64,000 nucleotides of DNA. It comes from Octopus sinensis. Taxonomy: Eukaryota. Positions 9,857 to 22,789 of the stretch are shown here, piece after piece. The stretch spans positions 27,652,001-27,716,000 of the forward strand of contig NC_042997.1 of the NCBI RefSeq assembly GCF_006345805.1, written 5' to 3'. The notes under the pieces were generated by a model, which was not told where the DNA came from, searched no databases, and saw only the letters and a program-made list of their open reading frames with translations. How positions within the stretch are numbered: position 1 is the first letter of the stretch; every line of letters starts with the position of its first letter. The position numbers and the translations under genes are program-made.

Positions 9857-12090
9857 CTAGCAATAATACCCGGCGTTGCACGGGTCAAAGTAGTAAATAC
9901 TTAGAGGGTCTGGTTATGTTTCAGTCTACATTACAGTAGTCCGGACCTCAATCGGTAGTGCAAAAATGAATAGGGCACTCCAACTTTTTATAGAGTTTTA
10001 TTTAGGTTAAGGTTAGAGTTGACAATGCAATCCGACATCACTAAGTCTATGACAAATAAGTGTTTATCCGTCCATGTAGTCACTCGTGTTGTATACCTCT
10101 CTGTATCAGTGCTGCCCGGCGCTATCCGATTATGCAAAGTTGTAGTGAGCATTGCAAAGGTGTGTAGGATTATATTTGGGTTTATCAGATGTAGACACAG
10201 AGAGTGAATCATCAAATGTGTATTTCACAAGAGAGCATTTCTGGGGAATGGACTGTTTAAACAATCGTTAAGTACGACCGTCATTAAAATGGGGAGAGTG
10301 ATTGAATGTTGATTAGTTGTCATGATGCATGTATGGGTAGCATGTAAGCAAAAACCGAATAGTGGCTATGACCAACTTACTGTGAGGGAAGTAGGTGAAA
10401 GACAGAGTAATCGAATGGTTGGATGTGTTTCTGAAATGTGGGATTCACAACACTGTCTTAACCAGGAGGACTTCTAAGAAAGTTTTCCAGAAGGTTGTTT
10501 GCTTTTAGAAGAGAATGGATGGGGCCGTTGCAACAGGGAAATCGATCCCGTAAGTCAAATAACCCGGAGGGACACACGAAAACACGTACATAAGGGGATA
10601 ACCAATTGGCCGAGGTCACGAGAAGGCGGGGATTATGCAATAGAGATCGTATCACGGTCGAACTGCAATAAGTGGCTGACCCGTCAACGGTAACCTGCGG
10701 TGTGAAATGCGTAATTCTGTAGTATAATATAGCCCAGGATCTCCTCAAGGATAAGATAGCAATGAAAGGTTAGACATCCATCGAAAGCCGGAAAGCGGTC
10801 TGTCCCTGCTATAGGACGTTTGAGTGTAACATAGGCACCGTAGCAGTCGTAAGTAATGTATTAGTAGCGGTCTTACCACCGAGTTTAACCTAAAATTGAT
10901 TATTGGGAGAAGCTACCGGAAATCCCATGAAACGTCAACATATAAATACTGCAATTTTTTGCTGATTCCATACACAGTGTATCGAGCTAAGTGCAATGTA
11001 AATTGGTACATGGGCTGACTGCATTAACTGAGTTCAAATATCGCCCTGACTTCGGCTCACTTTGAATGCAGTAAGCAAAAACGCAGTATTTTCATTGTCG
11101 AAGTTTCAAGGGATTTACGGTACTGCAGTCAGTATGTGGGTTTCAAAACCTTGAAGTGTTTTTCAACGCGGAAACGCAGTGATTCCCGTCTAAGAATGAA
11201 CAGTGTCTAAGAATAGATTTGGGTGCGCAATTTTAAACATTAGACTTGGCAAGAACTAAAAAGTTAGTACTCCAAATGGCGTAGTTTAGCATTAGTATGT
11301 TTGAATAAAAGTTTGGCAACAGAAGTTTGTAACGTAGTAGTGCACTGAGCCCCGGCAAAGGATGACTTTTGCTTAATTAAGTACGCCATGTTACGACCTG
11401 GTGGCCATAATCCGAATTCACAGAATTAACGTGGAATGGGTGAATTTAAAACAACACAACACCATGATTTCTTTGTAAAACTATTATTAATCACCAACAT
11501 AAAAACAGCTTACAACAAATATATATACAAACAGCCAAGGCTACACCAAACGTGCAGTCAAAAGTTACAAGGGTAACATATATACACAGTTCAGAAGTTC
11601 GGACTCCATATCTTGGTTTTTCAAAAGTAGCTTTCCAAAAATTTTGGGTTTTATAAAATCCAGATTTCCAGTTTTGTAAACATTCGGTTTTCAAACGTCG
11701 GATTTCGACAGTGGATTTCGAACCGTGACTTCATAAAATCTGTCTATCAATTCGGTGTTAAACCTTGAGTTTCGAACCTTGGAATGTTATAAACTTTGTA
11801 TTTCAATTCGTTGTTCAACATTGGGTTCCGAACCTTGGAATGTAGAACGTTGGATTTCGATATGATACAGAAAATTTTTTAACTGACAAGCAAAAAAGTT
11901 CTGGCGAATTCCTGGAGCATAAAATAATTTCACAAATGTCTAACACAAAGCACAAAATGCAGAAACTAAATAGGCAATCACAGCTTCCAGAATCCAATTG
12001 AACCTTGTCTCATAGAAAACTGTCACCAAAACTGGGTGTACAATTATCTCACACGCCCTGCCACAATGCAGGGTTCAAAGTTCACATAGA
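9857..12090 (-). mobile_element. Possible Helitron derivative (3' end clear, 5' end tentative)
   Basis: Minus-strand 3' end ACCCGTGCAACGCCGGGTATTATTG-CTAG|T at 9857; candidate A|TC start at 12090; internal VCPSGLFDLRDRFPCCNG resembles the Cys-rich N-terminus of Rep-helicase. Confidence 0.5.
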
Positions 12091-12170
12091 TATTATAACA
12101 TAGCTTAAAAGATTTTTGTACTTACTCAGATGTGACAAATTATTTTAAAACTGACAGGCAAAAAGTTTAT

Positions 12171-12572
12171 TAGACGCATGCGTGGCAGTGTGGTAAGAAG
12201 TTTGCTTCCTAACCACATGGTTCCGGGTTCAATCTTACTATGTGACACCTTGAGCATGTGTCTTCTTCTATAACCTCGGGCCGACCAAAAACCTTGTGAG
12301 TGGATTTGGTGGTCGGAAACGGAAAGAAGCTGTCGTATAATATATATCCACGGATGTGTCCTTGTGTCTGTGTTTGTTCTCCCACCCACAGTTTGACAAC
12401 CGGTGTTGGCGTGCTTACGTCCTCATAACTTACCAGTTCGCCGAAAGAATCAGAAAAAATACCAGGCTAAAAATAAATAAGAACTGAGCTCTATTCATTC
12501 GACTAAAATTGTTCAATGTGGTGCCCGGCGTGGCCACAATCTAATGACTGAAACAAGTAAAAGATAAAAGAT
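12171..12572 (+). mobile_element. SINE family A, diverged
   Basis: Head, body and GACTGAAACAAGTAAAAG tail recognisable. Confidence 0.85.
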
Positions 12573-13062
12573 TATATTTTTAAAGTCATTATCATATTAT
12601 AAAATCATTATTATTATTATTGTTATTATTATTATTATAATTATTATTAAAAAGAGCGCGACTGTTATTGGTAATAAATAGAGATTGACTCTATTTCTTA
12701 CCAACAACAGTCGCATTTTTCTTATTGTTTCTAACAGTATATTTACCTTCGTGGAGAGTAACTTCAGTCTCGTATTATTATTATTATTATTCAGTAGTTT
12801 TTTTTTATAGTGTGCTTTCACTTCACTACCGAGCGCAGCTCTGTCTGCCTTGGGTATGTGCTGTGATTTGTTGTAATGCTCTGATGGTTATTGTATGGAA
12901 AGTGTTCTGCGTAGGATGTGTGCAGTGCCTAGTAGTGCAATTTTCTGTATGTTATATGTGTTTCTAAGTCCTGGTGTTTTTGTTATGTATTTGTCTGAAT
13001 ATTTTTTTATCATGCCTAATGCTCCTACTATGATAGGAATTGTTTCTGTTTTCAGATTCCAC

Positions 13063-13124
<62 letters not shown>

Positions 13125-13182
13125 GTTGTTGTTGTTGGGCTCTTATAGAAGTATTTTGATGAATTCATGTTAAGTTTTGAAT

Positions 13183-13188
13183 TTTATT
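13183..13188 (-). terminator. Candidate polyadenylation signal of the MRH-domain gene
   Basis: AATAAA on the minus strand, one base after the TAA stop. Confidence 0.55.
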
Positions 13189-13189
13189 C

Positions 13190-13255
13190 TTAAATATTCT
13201 CATAGCTACTTCTTGACGATGGTTTGACTTTAGAAGACGCGTAAGAGAATCCGTC
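13190..13255 (-). CDS. CD-MPR/ATG27-like gene, coding exon 7 (last): DGFSYASSKVKPSSRSSYENI*
   Basis: Acceptor ccattttcttctctaattttcAG, phase 0; continues family motif LxKDG; C-terminal YxxPhi motif. Confidence 0.92.
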   Translation of the reverse strand, partial: DGFSYASSKVKPSSRSSYENI

Positions 13256-13407
13256 CTGAAAATTAGAGAAGAAAATGGAAGATAAAACGTAACAGATAGA
13301 ATATAATGCCAAGTTCCTGTTCGAATCTACATTGAATAGTATGATATGAATATCGCTTCACAATGAACTGCTTAATCTTTTACTATTTCTACTAAATTTA
13401 AGATGAA

Positions 13408-13530
13408 AAAGGGGGTACTGAAAAGTTCCTGGCCTTGAGTAGAAGAAAACACTGGAGGATTATTTAATTATGATTTTATTCAACATATTCCCCCTCTCAG
13501 ATTCACACACTTATTGCAGCGGTTCTTCTT
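13408..13530 (-). mobile_element. Mariner 3' end/TIR remnant
   Basis: GGGGGTACTGAAAAGTTCCTGG terminus; minus strand reads ..NKCVNLRGEYVE*, like mariner KCxxxxGEYVE. Confidence 0.6.
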
Positions 13531-13542
13531 ACCTTTGTAAGA

Positions 13543-13607
<65 letters not shown>

Positions 13608-13611
<4 letters not shown>

Positions 13612-13885
13612 CTCACGATTGTAAGGTCGTGAGTTCGATTCCCGGCGACGCGTCTTGTCCTTGAGCAAGACACTTTATTTCACGTTGCTCCAGTCCACTT
13701 TATTTCACGTTGCTGTATTTCAAAGGGCCGGCCTTGTCACACTTTGTGTCACGCTGAATCTCCCTGAGAACTACGTTAGGGGTGCGCGTGTCTGTGGATT
13801 GCTCAGTCACTTGCACGTTAATTACATGAGCAGGCTGTTCCGTTGGTCGTATCAGCTGGGGCCCTCGTGGTCGTAACCGAGGAAT
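13608..13885 (+). mobile_element. tRNA-derived SINE family C variant
   Basis: B-box GAGTTCGATTCC, then GTCCTTGAGCAAGACACTT..TTGCTCCAGTCCAC shared with 19812-20069. Confidence 0.7.
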
Positions 13886-13894
13886 TGCTCCTTA

Positions 13895-13896
13895 TA

Positions 13897-13966
<70 letters not shown>

Positions 13967-14047
13967 TATATATATATATATATATATATATGTTTATATA
14001 TATATATATATATATATATGTTTATATATATATATATATATATATAT

Positions 14048-14116
<69 letters not shown>

Positions 14117-14143
14117 TATATATATATATATATATATATATAT

Positions 14144-14186
<43 letters not shown>

Positions 14187-14200
14187 TATATATATATATA
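13895..14200. repeat. (TA)n array punctuated by TGTT; similar array 15050-15400
   Basis: Directly visible; the two arrays flank the CR1-group fragment. Confidence 0.95.
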
Positions 14201-15051
14201 CTTTGATACTTTGATACTTTGATAGGTTTCGGCCATTATTGGCCCAGGCCATGTCTAACTTAATAGCACCACCTGGTGAAGTCTTTCAAGTCAGAATTTG
14301 GGCACTATGGCCCACTCAAGTAGAGAGTTATTGTTTACAGAGACATATCCGGGTGTAGGGGGTTTATCCGGGATTTCTTGAAGGAATCTGTTCAAAGACT
14401 TCTTGAACCCTATAGGGTCAGTTTCTGTTTTAATGTGTTTTGGTGTAATGTTAAAGAGAGCGGGGCCAATTGAGGTGAAATAATTGTGCCGTATTGTTGT
14501 TATGAGATGAGAGTGCGATTTTTGTTTTGGGCGGATGGCACGGGGCCCAAGCCTTGGATGTACCTTAAAGGTGATGCCAACATCATTTGGGCAATGCTGA
14601 TGGAATATTTTCCACATCATGCAGATGATGTAGCGCTCACGACGACGTTGGAGATAATAGAGTTTTAGCTTTTCTAGTCGACCCCAATAGTCGAGGCCTG
14701 TCATGCCATCTATCTTTTTTGTGATTGCCCTTTGAGGTGCTTCAACTTTTATGATACCTTGTATTGTGTGGGGAGACCACAGTGGACAACAGTATTCAAG
14801 GTGGGGTCGGGCAAAAGTGGAGAAGAGAAGGATAATGGTGTGGATATCTCTCGACTGGAAAGTTCTGAGATTCCAGGAACACATTCTGCGGGCCATGTCA
14901 ACTTTGGTGTTTATATGAGTGGCCCAGCTTATGTTGTTGTCCACAATTACTCCCAGGTCTCTGATGTTGTTGGACGCCGCGAGAGTTTCACCTGAAGGAA
15001 GGGAGTATGGGAGTTTTAGGGCATCCTCTTTTCCAAAGTGGATTAGCTCAA

Positions 15052-15053
<2 letters not shown>
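14201..15053 (-). mobile_element. CR1/L2-group LINE, 5'-truncated, open ~250-codon C-terminus plus 3' tail
   Basis: [52 protein letters not shown]; tail hairpin GGCCA-ATAA-TGGCC-GAAAC and (AAAGTATC)3. Confidence 0.92.
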
Positions 15054-15091
<38 letters not shown>

Positions 15092-15111
15092 TTATATATA
15101 TATATATATAT

Positions 15112-15339
<228 letters not shown>

Positions 15340-15340
15340 T

Positions 15341-15403
<63 letters not shown>

Positions 15404-15720
15404 GTTGCACAAAGTTAAGTAAATCCTTTATTGTGTTGTCAACAAGTAAAATTAGGGGATAAACAGAATAATCGACCATAAAATTTCCAGCATTAGTAAT
15501 TCTTTCTATTATTGGCGTAAGGCCTGAAGTTTGCAGGAAGGGGGCTTGTTGATTACATCGCACCCCAATGTTCAAATGATACTTATTTTATCGACTCCGA
15601 AAGAACGAAAGGCAACGTCGACTCCAGCGGCACTGGAACTTAGAACGTGAAATGGGAAGAAATGCCTTTATGCATTCTTTTCTATGCAGTAGAAAGGTCG
15701 CCGTTCAATAGGTACTTAGA

Positions 15721-15949
15721 TATTTATTTCTTTACTACCCACAAGGGGCTAAACGCAAGGGGGACAAACAAGGACAGACAAAGGGATTAAGTCGATTATA
15801 TCGACCCCAGTGCGTAACTGGTACTTAATTTATCGACCCCGAGAGGATGAAAGGCAAAGTCGACTCGGCAGAATTTGAACTCGGAACAGACGAAATACGG
15901 CTACGCATTTCGCCCGGCGTGCTAACGTTTCTGCCAGCTCGCCGCCTAT
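15721..15949 (-). mobile_element. tRNA-derived SINE family B (other copies ~15500-15700, 22625-22755, 39640-39840; head only 8305-8352)
   Basis: Head GGCGAGCTGGCAGAAACGTTAGCACGCCGGG..GAGTTCAAATTC; centre GTCGACTTTGCCTTTCATCCTCTCGGGGTCGATAAATTAAGTACC. Confidence 0.85.
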
Positions 15950-17141
15950 AGGTACTTAGATATTAAGACTGGAACAAGTCTGTGGGAACGATTTAATTGA
16001 CCAATGTACTTGAGTGGTACTCTTTAGAGAGATGAAATGAAAAGTAAACTACAACAGATTTTCAAATTAAGAGCATAAAGAAACATAGCTAATAACAAAA
16101 GCATTTTGTTCGACGCTTTAACGATTATGTTGCTAATCTACCGCCATTTTGCTCATAGCAAATTAACGCTACTGCTAATCAACTGCTACTTGACTAAGAG
16201 CGAATTAACGATATTGCCAACCCACTTCCTTTTCATTAAAAGCGATTATAATTCAAACATTAATTCCAGATGTTGAATTAATGACTAATGCCATATTTCA
16301 TCGGTAAGAGATCAGAGTTGTCTTAGCAGCATTATAAGTACCCGGGCAAATCGATGCATTAGGTTTTATTGTATTTATTTATTGACAGCAAACCACATCG
16401 TATATAAATCAGAATTGGGCCCCTAGATTCAGTGTGTCCATGCTGTAAGACGGCACTGCAGGAGACGACTAAGCAATAAGAAAAGAATGGTGAAATATAA
16501 TTAGTAAATCTAATCAGTAGTTATGCAGAGAGGGGAATATTTCTTTATTGCATATTTGATGTAAAGAAAGCGCTATCCAAGGACACTTCCAAAGCAGCGG
16601 GTGAAAAAAAAATCCCAGAAATTACTGTACACTATTGAATACAAACAATAAACAAGGAATTAATTGCCGAGTATTGTTGTTAAACATTGTAAAATATATA
16701 TTTCCTTTGTAAGAAACGATGTATTCAAGGAATTAGACTAGAAAAGTTAATGACAGCATAGGAATTAGAAGCACAAATAATCGTTTAATACTAATAAATC
16801 TCTCCGAAGTTGACGTTGTATATTAACTTGTGTATTATCCCCTCAAGTTTAATACAATAAATACCAGTTAATACTGGGGTCTACAAAATCTATTTTTCTT
16901 CATCTAAGTGACATTGTGGTTGAGAAATCAATACTGACAAACATCAAAATAAACATAGATTGACTAAAGCAGTTTCAAACTCGAACCGCTTCATATTTTA
17001 TTCAACACACACACACACACACACTTCATGCACATGCACGCATGCACGCACGGACGCACGCACACACACGTACACACATTTACAGACAGACAGCGCAAAT
17101 TTAATCTGCAGAATATTTTCTAAATAAAATGTTCAAATTAC

Positions 17142-17268
17142 CTTTGTAAGAGAACCCAATTTGCTCCAAAGTGTAACATTCGGACATCGTTGCATTCCAG
17201 TTGAGTTTAGGCAAAACGAAGTGACCAGGCAACCTCCCACAATGTAAACAATTATAATTGAAAATGTA
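17142..17268 (-). CDS. CD-MPR/ATG27-like gene, coding exon 6 (TM + tail): (V)TFSIIIVYIVGGCLVTSFCLNSTGMQRCPNVTLWSKLGSLTK
   Basis: Acceptor tttttcAG, donor AAG|GTAATT, phase 2 to 0; matches family motif VYxxxG...GxExxPNxxFWxxLxxLxKDG. Confidence 0.93.
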
Positions 17269-18519
17269 CTGAAAAATAATCGTTTCAAACATTGATATTT
17301 TCAAAGAAGTTGTTTTCTAAAGCTGTATGCAAATTATACACATTTACTTTGTACACACGGAGAGAGGACAGAATCCATTATACGTATCTACAAAAGAGTT
17401 AAAGCAGTTCATCTTCGATAAGTCGGCCACTGTGAAACATTTCCTAATGAAGAATATAGACACAATACTACGATTGTATTAACACTAATTCTGCAGCTTA
17501 CGCCAGTATCTTTTATTATCTATTTGTTGTTAAACAGAAAATGTTACGGTTGGTTAGTCCCAAGTCAGCTCTAATCAAGTAGACGAAGGGATTTCAGTCG
17601 TGACGAAGCCGTCTTTGACTTTGTTTTCCAACAATAGTTCAAAATTTGACATTTTCCAATGTTTAATGAAGAATTTGGTTGCTATATCCGGCAAGTTGAA
17701 TAAGCACACAAAAAACTTCCTCACTCATAGTCATTGCCTGTAGAGCACCCCACTAGTGGCAAAATATGAAACAGACTAAGAACAGCGGGCAATTCGGCTG
17801 GTAGCATTGACACATTATTTTCGATGCCAAAGTTATTGGAATTATTTAAGGGTGACTTTGCGATGCTGAATCTGAAAATGACATTAGTTTCCCTACATTG
17901 GCACTAATTTTTGACATGTTTAATGGCCCTATATTTGAGTACTCGCAACACTTAGCCTTTCAAGCCACTCTTATTTTTATGATACAGTTGTGCCTGAATT
18001 GATATTTAGGTATTAGGTCATTTAATTAATTGCATTTTACATAATGGAAGTTAGAATATTTGTATTTTTATTAAAACATGTTGACACAAAATGATCATTC
18101 TGACATAAAATGCCAAAACATGTATACATTGTAACATTAAAAAACTAACAAAAATTAATCACAAAATATTTGATGACATCTTAAACTAATAATTTTCACG
18201 ACAATACAATAGCATCGACTAATTAAGAATATTAAAATATATTCGTCCTTCATGTTTATATGATTTTCTTTTGTGTAGCGTAGCAGTCTATAATCGGAAT
18301 GTTCCAACAGTAGTGAAAATTGTGCGAGTGTTAATCTACAAGTTTAACAACATTTTTTCCATTCATTTCTGTTTATGAACATGTATGCGTGCACAAAACA
18401 TGCAATAGGTGTACGTACGTACGTGTGTGTATGTGTGTTCGTGTCTATTTATATTATATTACAGTGAGTGTTCCGCCAAACGGAAATTAGCTTGAATATG
18501 TGATAAACTTGACACTTAC

Positions 18520-18611
18520 ACGATTAAGATTATACTTCCAGTAGAAAGCCTTTTTGGTTCAACAGGCACATGTGGTGTTTTTGGATGACATGGTCCTGAA
18601 TATTCAAAGCA
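18520..18611 (-). CDS. CD-MPR/ATG27-like gene, coding exon 5: CFEYSGPCHPKTPHVPVEPKRLSTGSIILI(V)
   Basis: Acceptor ttttcttatattttcaccacAG, donor GT|GTAAGT, phase 0 to 2; LSxGSIxLI pre-TM motif. Confidence 0.93.
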
Positions 18612-19365
18612 CTGTGGTGAAAATATAAGAAAATTATAAAATTACACACAATTTATAAACTCTCGGTTCTTATATTTTTTGTATTTGTATAAAATGAATT
18701 ACATATACAGAAATTATTATCAGTATAAAAGATTTTAACTTGTCATTTTTTCTTGCTGATTGCACCTGTAATCAACTATTCATTAAACAGTTCCATTTTC
18801 TATGCCGTTTTGTGCATAATCTTGTTTAATTACTTAAATCGTTTCTCATCACCGTGTAAAGATTATGGTTTGCTAATCAGATCCTCCTCGACATAGGCAC
18901 AGAGCCACAGATTTTGGGAGACGATTAATTGATTAAATCAGTGCTAGTAACTTAACTCGTGTTATATTTTGTTGATCTCAGAGGAATTTGAACGACATAA
19001 TTTGAACACAGAAGGCAAAGAGCTAGAACAGAAACTTGAAGTATTTATTTGCTTAATGCTCTTACAATTCTCCGTACCCACCTTCCTGTCGAGGTCATAA
19101 TGAGACCGAAGCAATTTCAGACGATATAATTAAAACGCACTCAACGATGTAATTAAAATAATTTTAGGCATTGCTTCTTGTATTTATTTCTCAGCGCATA
19201 TTAATTTCTAGCTTCCGATTTCATACTCAATAAATTAAATAAGCTAAAACTAACTTTACTAACTTGCGGCTATTAATTTTATCAAGTAGAAGCTGATAAA
19301 GGAACAGAGTAAGACTCTGTTCCTGTTCTGATGTGAATTCTGAAACTAACAGGAAGAAACTAAAG

Positions 19366-19585
19366 CAGTGCTTTTCAAACTTTTTGCTGGAGCGGAACCC
19401 CAAGGAAACATTCCACTGGCTCGGGGAACCCCTGTGCAATAATTTTATAGTCTTATGCACACATATCTGCACAGGAAAATTAAAAATTACTGCGGATTTT
19501 GGCAGTTTTTTTAACTTCTTGCGGAACCCCTGGACTGTACTGGCGGAACCCTAAGGTTCCGCGTAACTCTGGTTGAAAACCACTG
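19366..19585. mobile_element. hAT (Charlie-like) MITE
   Basis: TIRs CAGTGCTTTTCAA / TTGAAAACCACTG; 8-bp TSD AACTAAAG / AACTAGAG; internal GGAACCC repeats. Confidence 0.85.
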
Positions 19586-19674
19586 AACTAGAGTATTGAA
19601 TTTAGTCTAACGCTTCATATTATTCAGTATGGCATTTCTATAATCTGAATATACTCTTGGGACCCATTTTTCAA

Positions 19675-20260
19675 CTGTAATGTTATCATCAGTTCGAATA
19701 TGTTTGAGGCACGTTCGAAACGGTGAACAAGCTACTCACTGCGCTTTGTCACGGAAAATATATCCCGTTTGTTAACAAATGGTTTATATACACCTATATC
19801 AGTGATAATAATATAATAAATGCGCCCTTTTAAAGCCTAGCCAGACGCATGGGCCCGGTTTCCCGGTTTCAATGGCGTATGTGTTTCCCAGTTGGACGCG
19901 GACGCCAGTCCATCGCAGCGTTACTCACTTTTGCCAGCTGAGTGAACTGGAGCAACGACAAATGAAATATTTTGCTCAAGAACACAAAGCGTCGCCCGGT
20001 CCAGGAATCGAAACCACAATCTTACGATCATGATACTGACACCCTAACCACTAAGCCATGCACCTCCACTAGATCCGTGATAACTACTCCGAAATGCTTA
20101 GCATCTCACGGTTTGGGTAGATGGCACTGCGAGCTGATGTAGGTGTATGCATACCATTTGGCAACAAACGGGATATATTCTCCGTGACAAAACGCAATGA
20201 GTAGCTTGTTCACCGGTTCGAACGTGCCTCAAGCATTTTCAGATGAAAATAACATTGCAA
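19675..20260. mobile_element. Fold-back MITE with ~125-bp inverted arms, interrupted by a SINE
   Basis: 19675-19801 is the reverse complement of ~20135-20260 (TTGAGGCACGTTCGAA..GGTGAACAAGCTACTCA..CCCGTTTGTT). Confidence 0.8.
19812..20069 (-). mobile_element. tRNA-derived SINE family C
   Basis: A-box TGGCTTAGTGG, B-box-like GGTTTCGATTCC, 3' block GCGATGGACTGGCGTCC..GTCCA shared with 55440-55738. Confidence 0.85.
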
Positions 20261-20390
20261 CCTTACTTATCACGGCTTAGCGCTCCTCCTCCATTATTTC
20301 AAATAGTTAAAAATAAATTTGGATGTCAAATATGCTGAGTGCCGCAGGCTATAATGTTTGCTGAGATTTTGTGAGTTTCTACTTAATTAA

Positions 20391-21301
20391 CAGGATGTTT
20401 AGGTTGAATTTGTTCATTTGTATAAAAGGAAAAGCAAACACAGTATCCTATCCAAAAATCGAAGTATTTTGTAAAACTTACAAAATATCATCTAGATTAT
20501 GGCTGAGATATAACGCTTTACTCAAAGTAGCCACCCGCAGCTTCTACCATGGCCTCAAGAAGACTCCAGAACCTGCTGCATGCGTTCCTAACCATATCTC
20601 TGAGAAGATCTTCGAACACCGCTTTGAACTTGACCATCCGCTCGGGCTTAATGCTGCAGGCAGAGAGACTGGTGTCTTTTTTTTTAACAGCGCCCTACAC
20701 ATAATAATCTATGAGATTACAATCAGGTAAATCAGGAGACCAGAAAAATTCAGGCGGGAGAAGCCATAAAAATTCTCCAGAAACCACTTCTAACTCTTTC
20801 TGGAGGCATGACATGGAGCCTAATTCTGCTACTACACATATGACCTCCCAGCAGCAAATATCTCCAGCAAGGGTTTGACAACAGTCCCCAGAAGTTTCAC
20901 ATAATCGTCTGAATTGAGATTAAGGCCCTATTCAAAGATGTGGGGATGAATTCCGGTATGCGATCGCAGTCAGAAAGCCTGCTGTGTCCCTTCCCGCTGG
21001 CCACGGTTTCGTAGTTTTCGTTGTAACTGTCCATGTCACGTTCTACAGCCCGTGCAGTGTTCACAGAGTATTGAGCGGCAGTCAAAATGTCGGCATTTGG
21101 ATACCCAGCACAAATCATCATGACACAAGGCAATCTTTTTCCAACATTCAGATGGCTTCCAGTCCTCAATATCAGCTAACTTTCATTAAATTACAACTTT
21201 TATTTTTATGCTCTCCATCGCCATTAACTGTTCACTAATACATCAGGCTATTTCTGAACAAGGCGACATAAAATATGGTCAAATGTAGCTCGAACATCCT
21301 G
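20391..21301 (-). mobile_element. Internally deleted Tc1/mariner (maT/DD37D-like) transposon
   Basis: TIRs CAGGATGTT.. / ..AACATCCTG; remnants GKGHSRLSDCDRIPEF and QQN*APCHAS..FWSPDLPDCNLIDYYV*G..ACSRF..MVEAAGGYFE. Confidence 0.75.
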
Positions 21302-21650
21302 AAGATGGCACAGTATAAAGTTTAAATTAGAATTAGCAAGTTCAAAAATCATGATTTAGCTAAAACAGATTAAATTTCCAATAGCTAGACATATTTCATC
21401 TAGGTCTGAAGAAACAAGTTGAAATGCGATTTTCATCTGAACGAGCTTCAACGTGATTCTTATTCCGAAATATATGCAAAATCTCACTCAAATAACATTA
21501 AAAAAGAAACATTAGATAGTGTAATCGATTTAGAAACGATCTGAGGATGGCCATAATCTGACTGCATTTGACAATGAGACTGCTCGATCGAGCCGACTAG
21601 GGCTCGAAACTGTTCCACGTCCAAAACAACTAAAACTAAAAGTTACTCAC

Positions 21651-21735
21651 CGGAAATGTACCTAGAGGGCAAATGTCTTTCATCTTGAAATTTGTACGCA
21701 TATTATCACTACAATTTAGTATGACTACACCAGTA
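21651..21735 (-). CDS. CD-MPR/ATG27-like gene, coding exon 4: (S)TGVVILNCSDNMRTNFKMKDICPLGTFP
   Basis: Acceptor ttttttttctttcttggcAG, donor CCG|GTGAGT, phase 2 to 0. Confidence 0.9.
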
Positions 21736-22789
21736 CTGCCAAGAAAGAAAAAAAATGGTATATTAATCAATCTACTCCTCAACGCATGCGGGATTTTAGA
21801 AATGCATAAACACATAAGACGTAGTTGAATTGTTAATACTTTTAATGTGTAAATTTCGAAGCATCGTGTTAAATTCTAGTCTAGTACTTTTGCATACAAA
21901 CACATATACATACATACTACTTGCATACAAACAAGTATAGATACATGCGTACATAATTCATAATAGCAATACGTAAAAAAAGCATATTCATACTTCTGTT
22001 CTAAAGCATCAATTTCTAATCGGGATAGTTAAGTCGTGCAATGTTTTGTTTTTGAAGTTCAACACCCCTGCGCCTGATTACATTATCGCGAAAGAAAAAT
22101 GGTAAAAAGAGCAGTGGCTGCAGTACATGAGCTCATTTTAGTCGCGCTCGAAAATCAAAACAGAAAATATTCACACAAGACTGTTTTGATCGAGAGGTAT
22201 CGTTTATCACGCTTTTTTTTTTCTTTTTCATGTCGTCAGGCGACCAGGAATGAGTCTTACATGAATGGACACAAGTATTTGAATTAAGTACAGCGAAGAA
22301 AGAGACATGAATAAAACAAAATCTGCTTTATTTACCACCATGCACCTTATTACGCATCACTTGTTGCGATTTTATGGCAAAGACCGTGATCACTCGCGAT
22401 TTCCAGCCTCCCTACACTCTGGAGTTTTTCCCTGCAGACTTCCTTTGTTCTCAGTCATTGAATTTTCCTTGAATGGTCACCGATTTCAGGTGGCAGAAGG
22501 GATCGAAGAAAATTCTTCACAGAAACTTCGTATTAACGTTAAAGCGTTTTCCAGAGAGTGTTTTAAAATAAAAAAAGTAAAAACAAACAAACAAAAAGAC
22601 TTGGAAGCGTGGTATCGAAAGTGAAAGGAACTATTTTGAGAGAATGAAAGGTAAAGTTGACTCCCGAGGAATCTGAACTTACAACGTAAAACCAGAAAAA
22701 ATGCCGCTAAACAATTTTTCCGGCGTAGTAACGATTCTGCCAGCTAGCTGCCTTACAATGCTGTTTAGTATAAAAAATTATAGAGCCTG

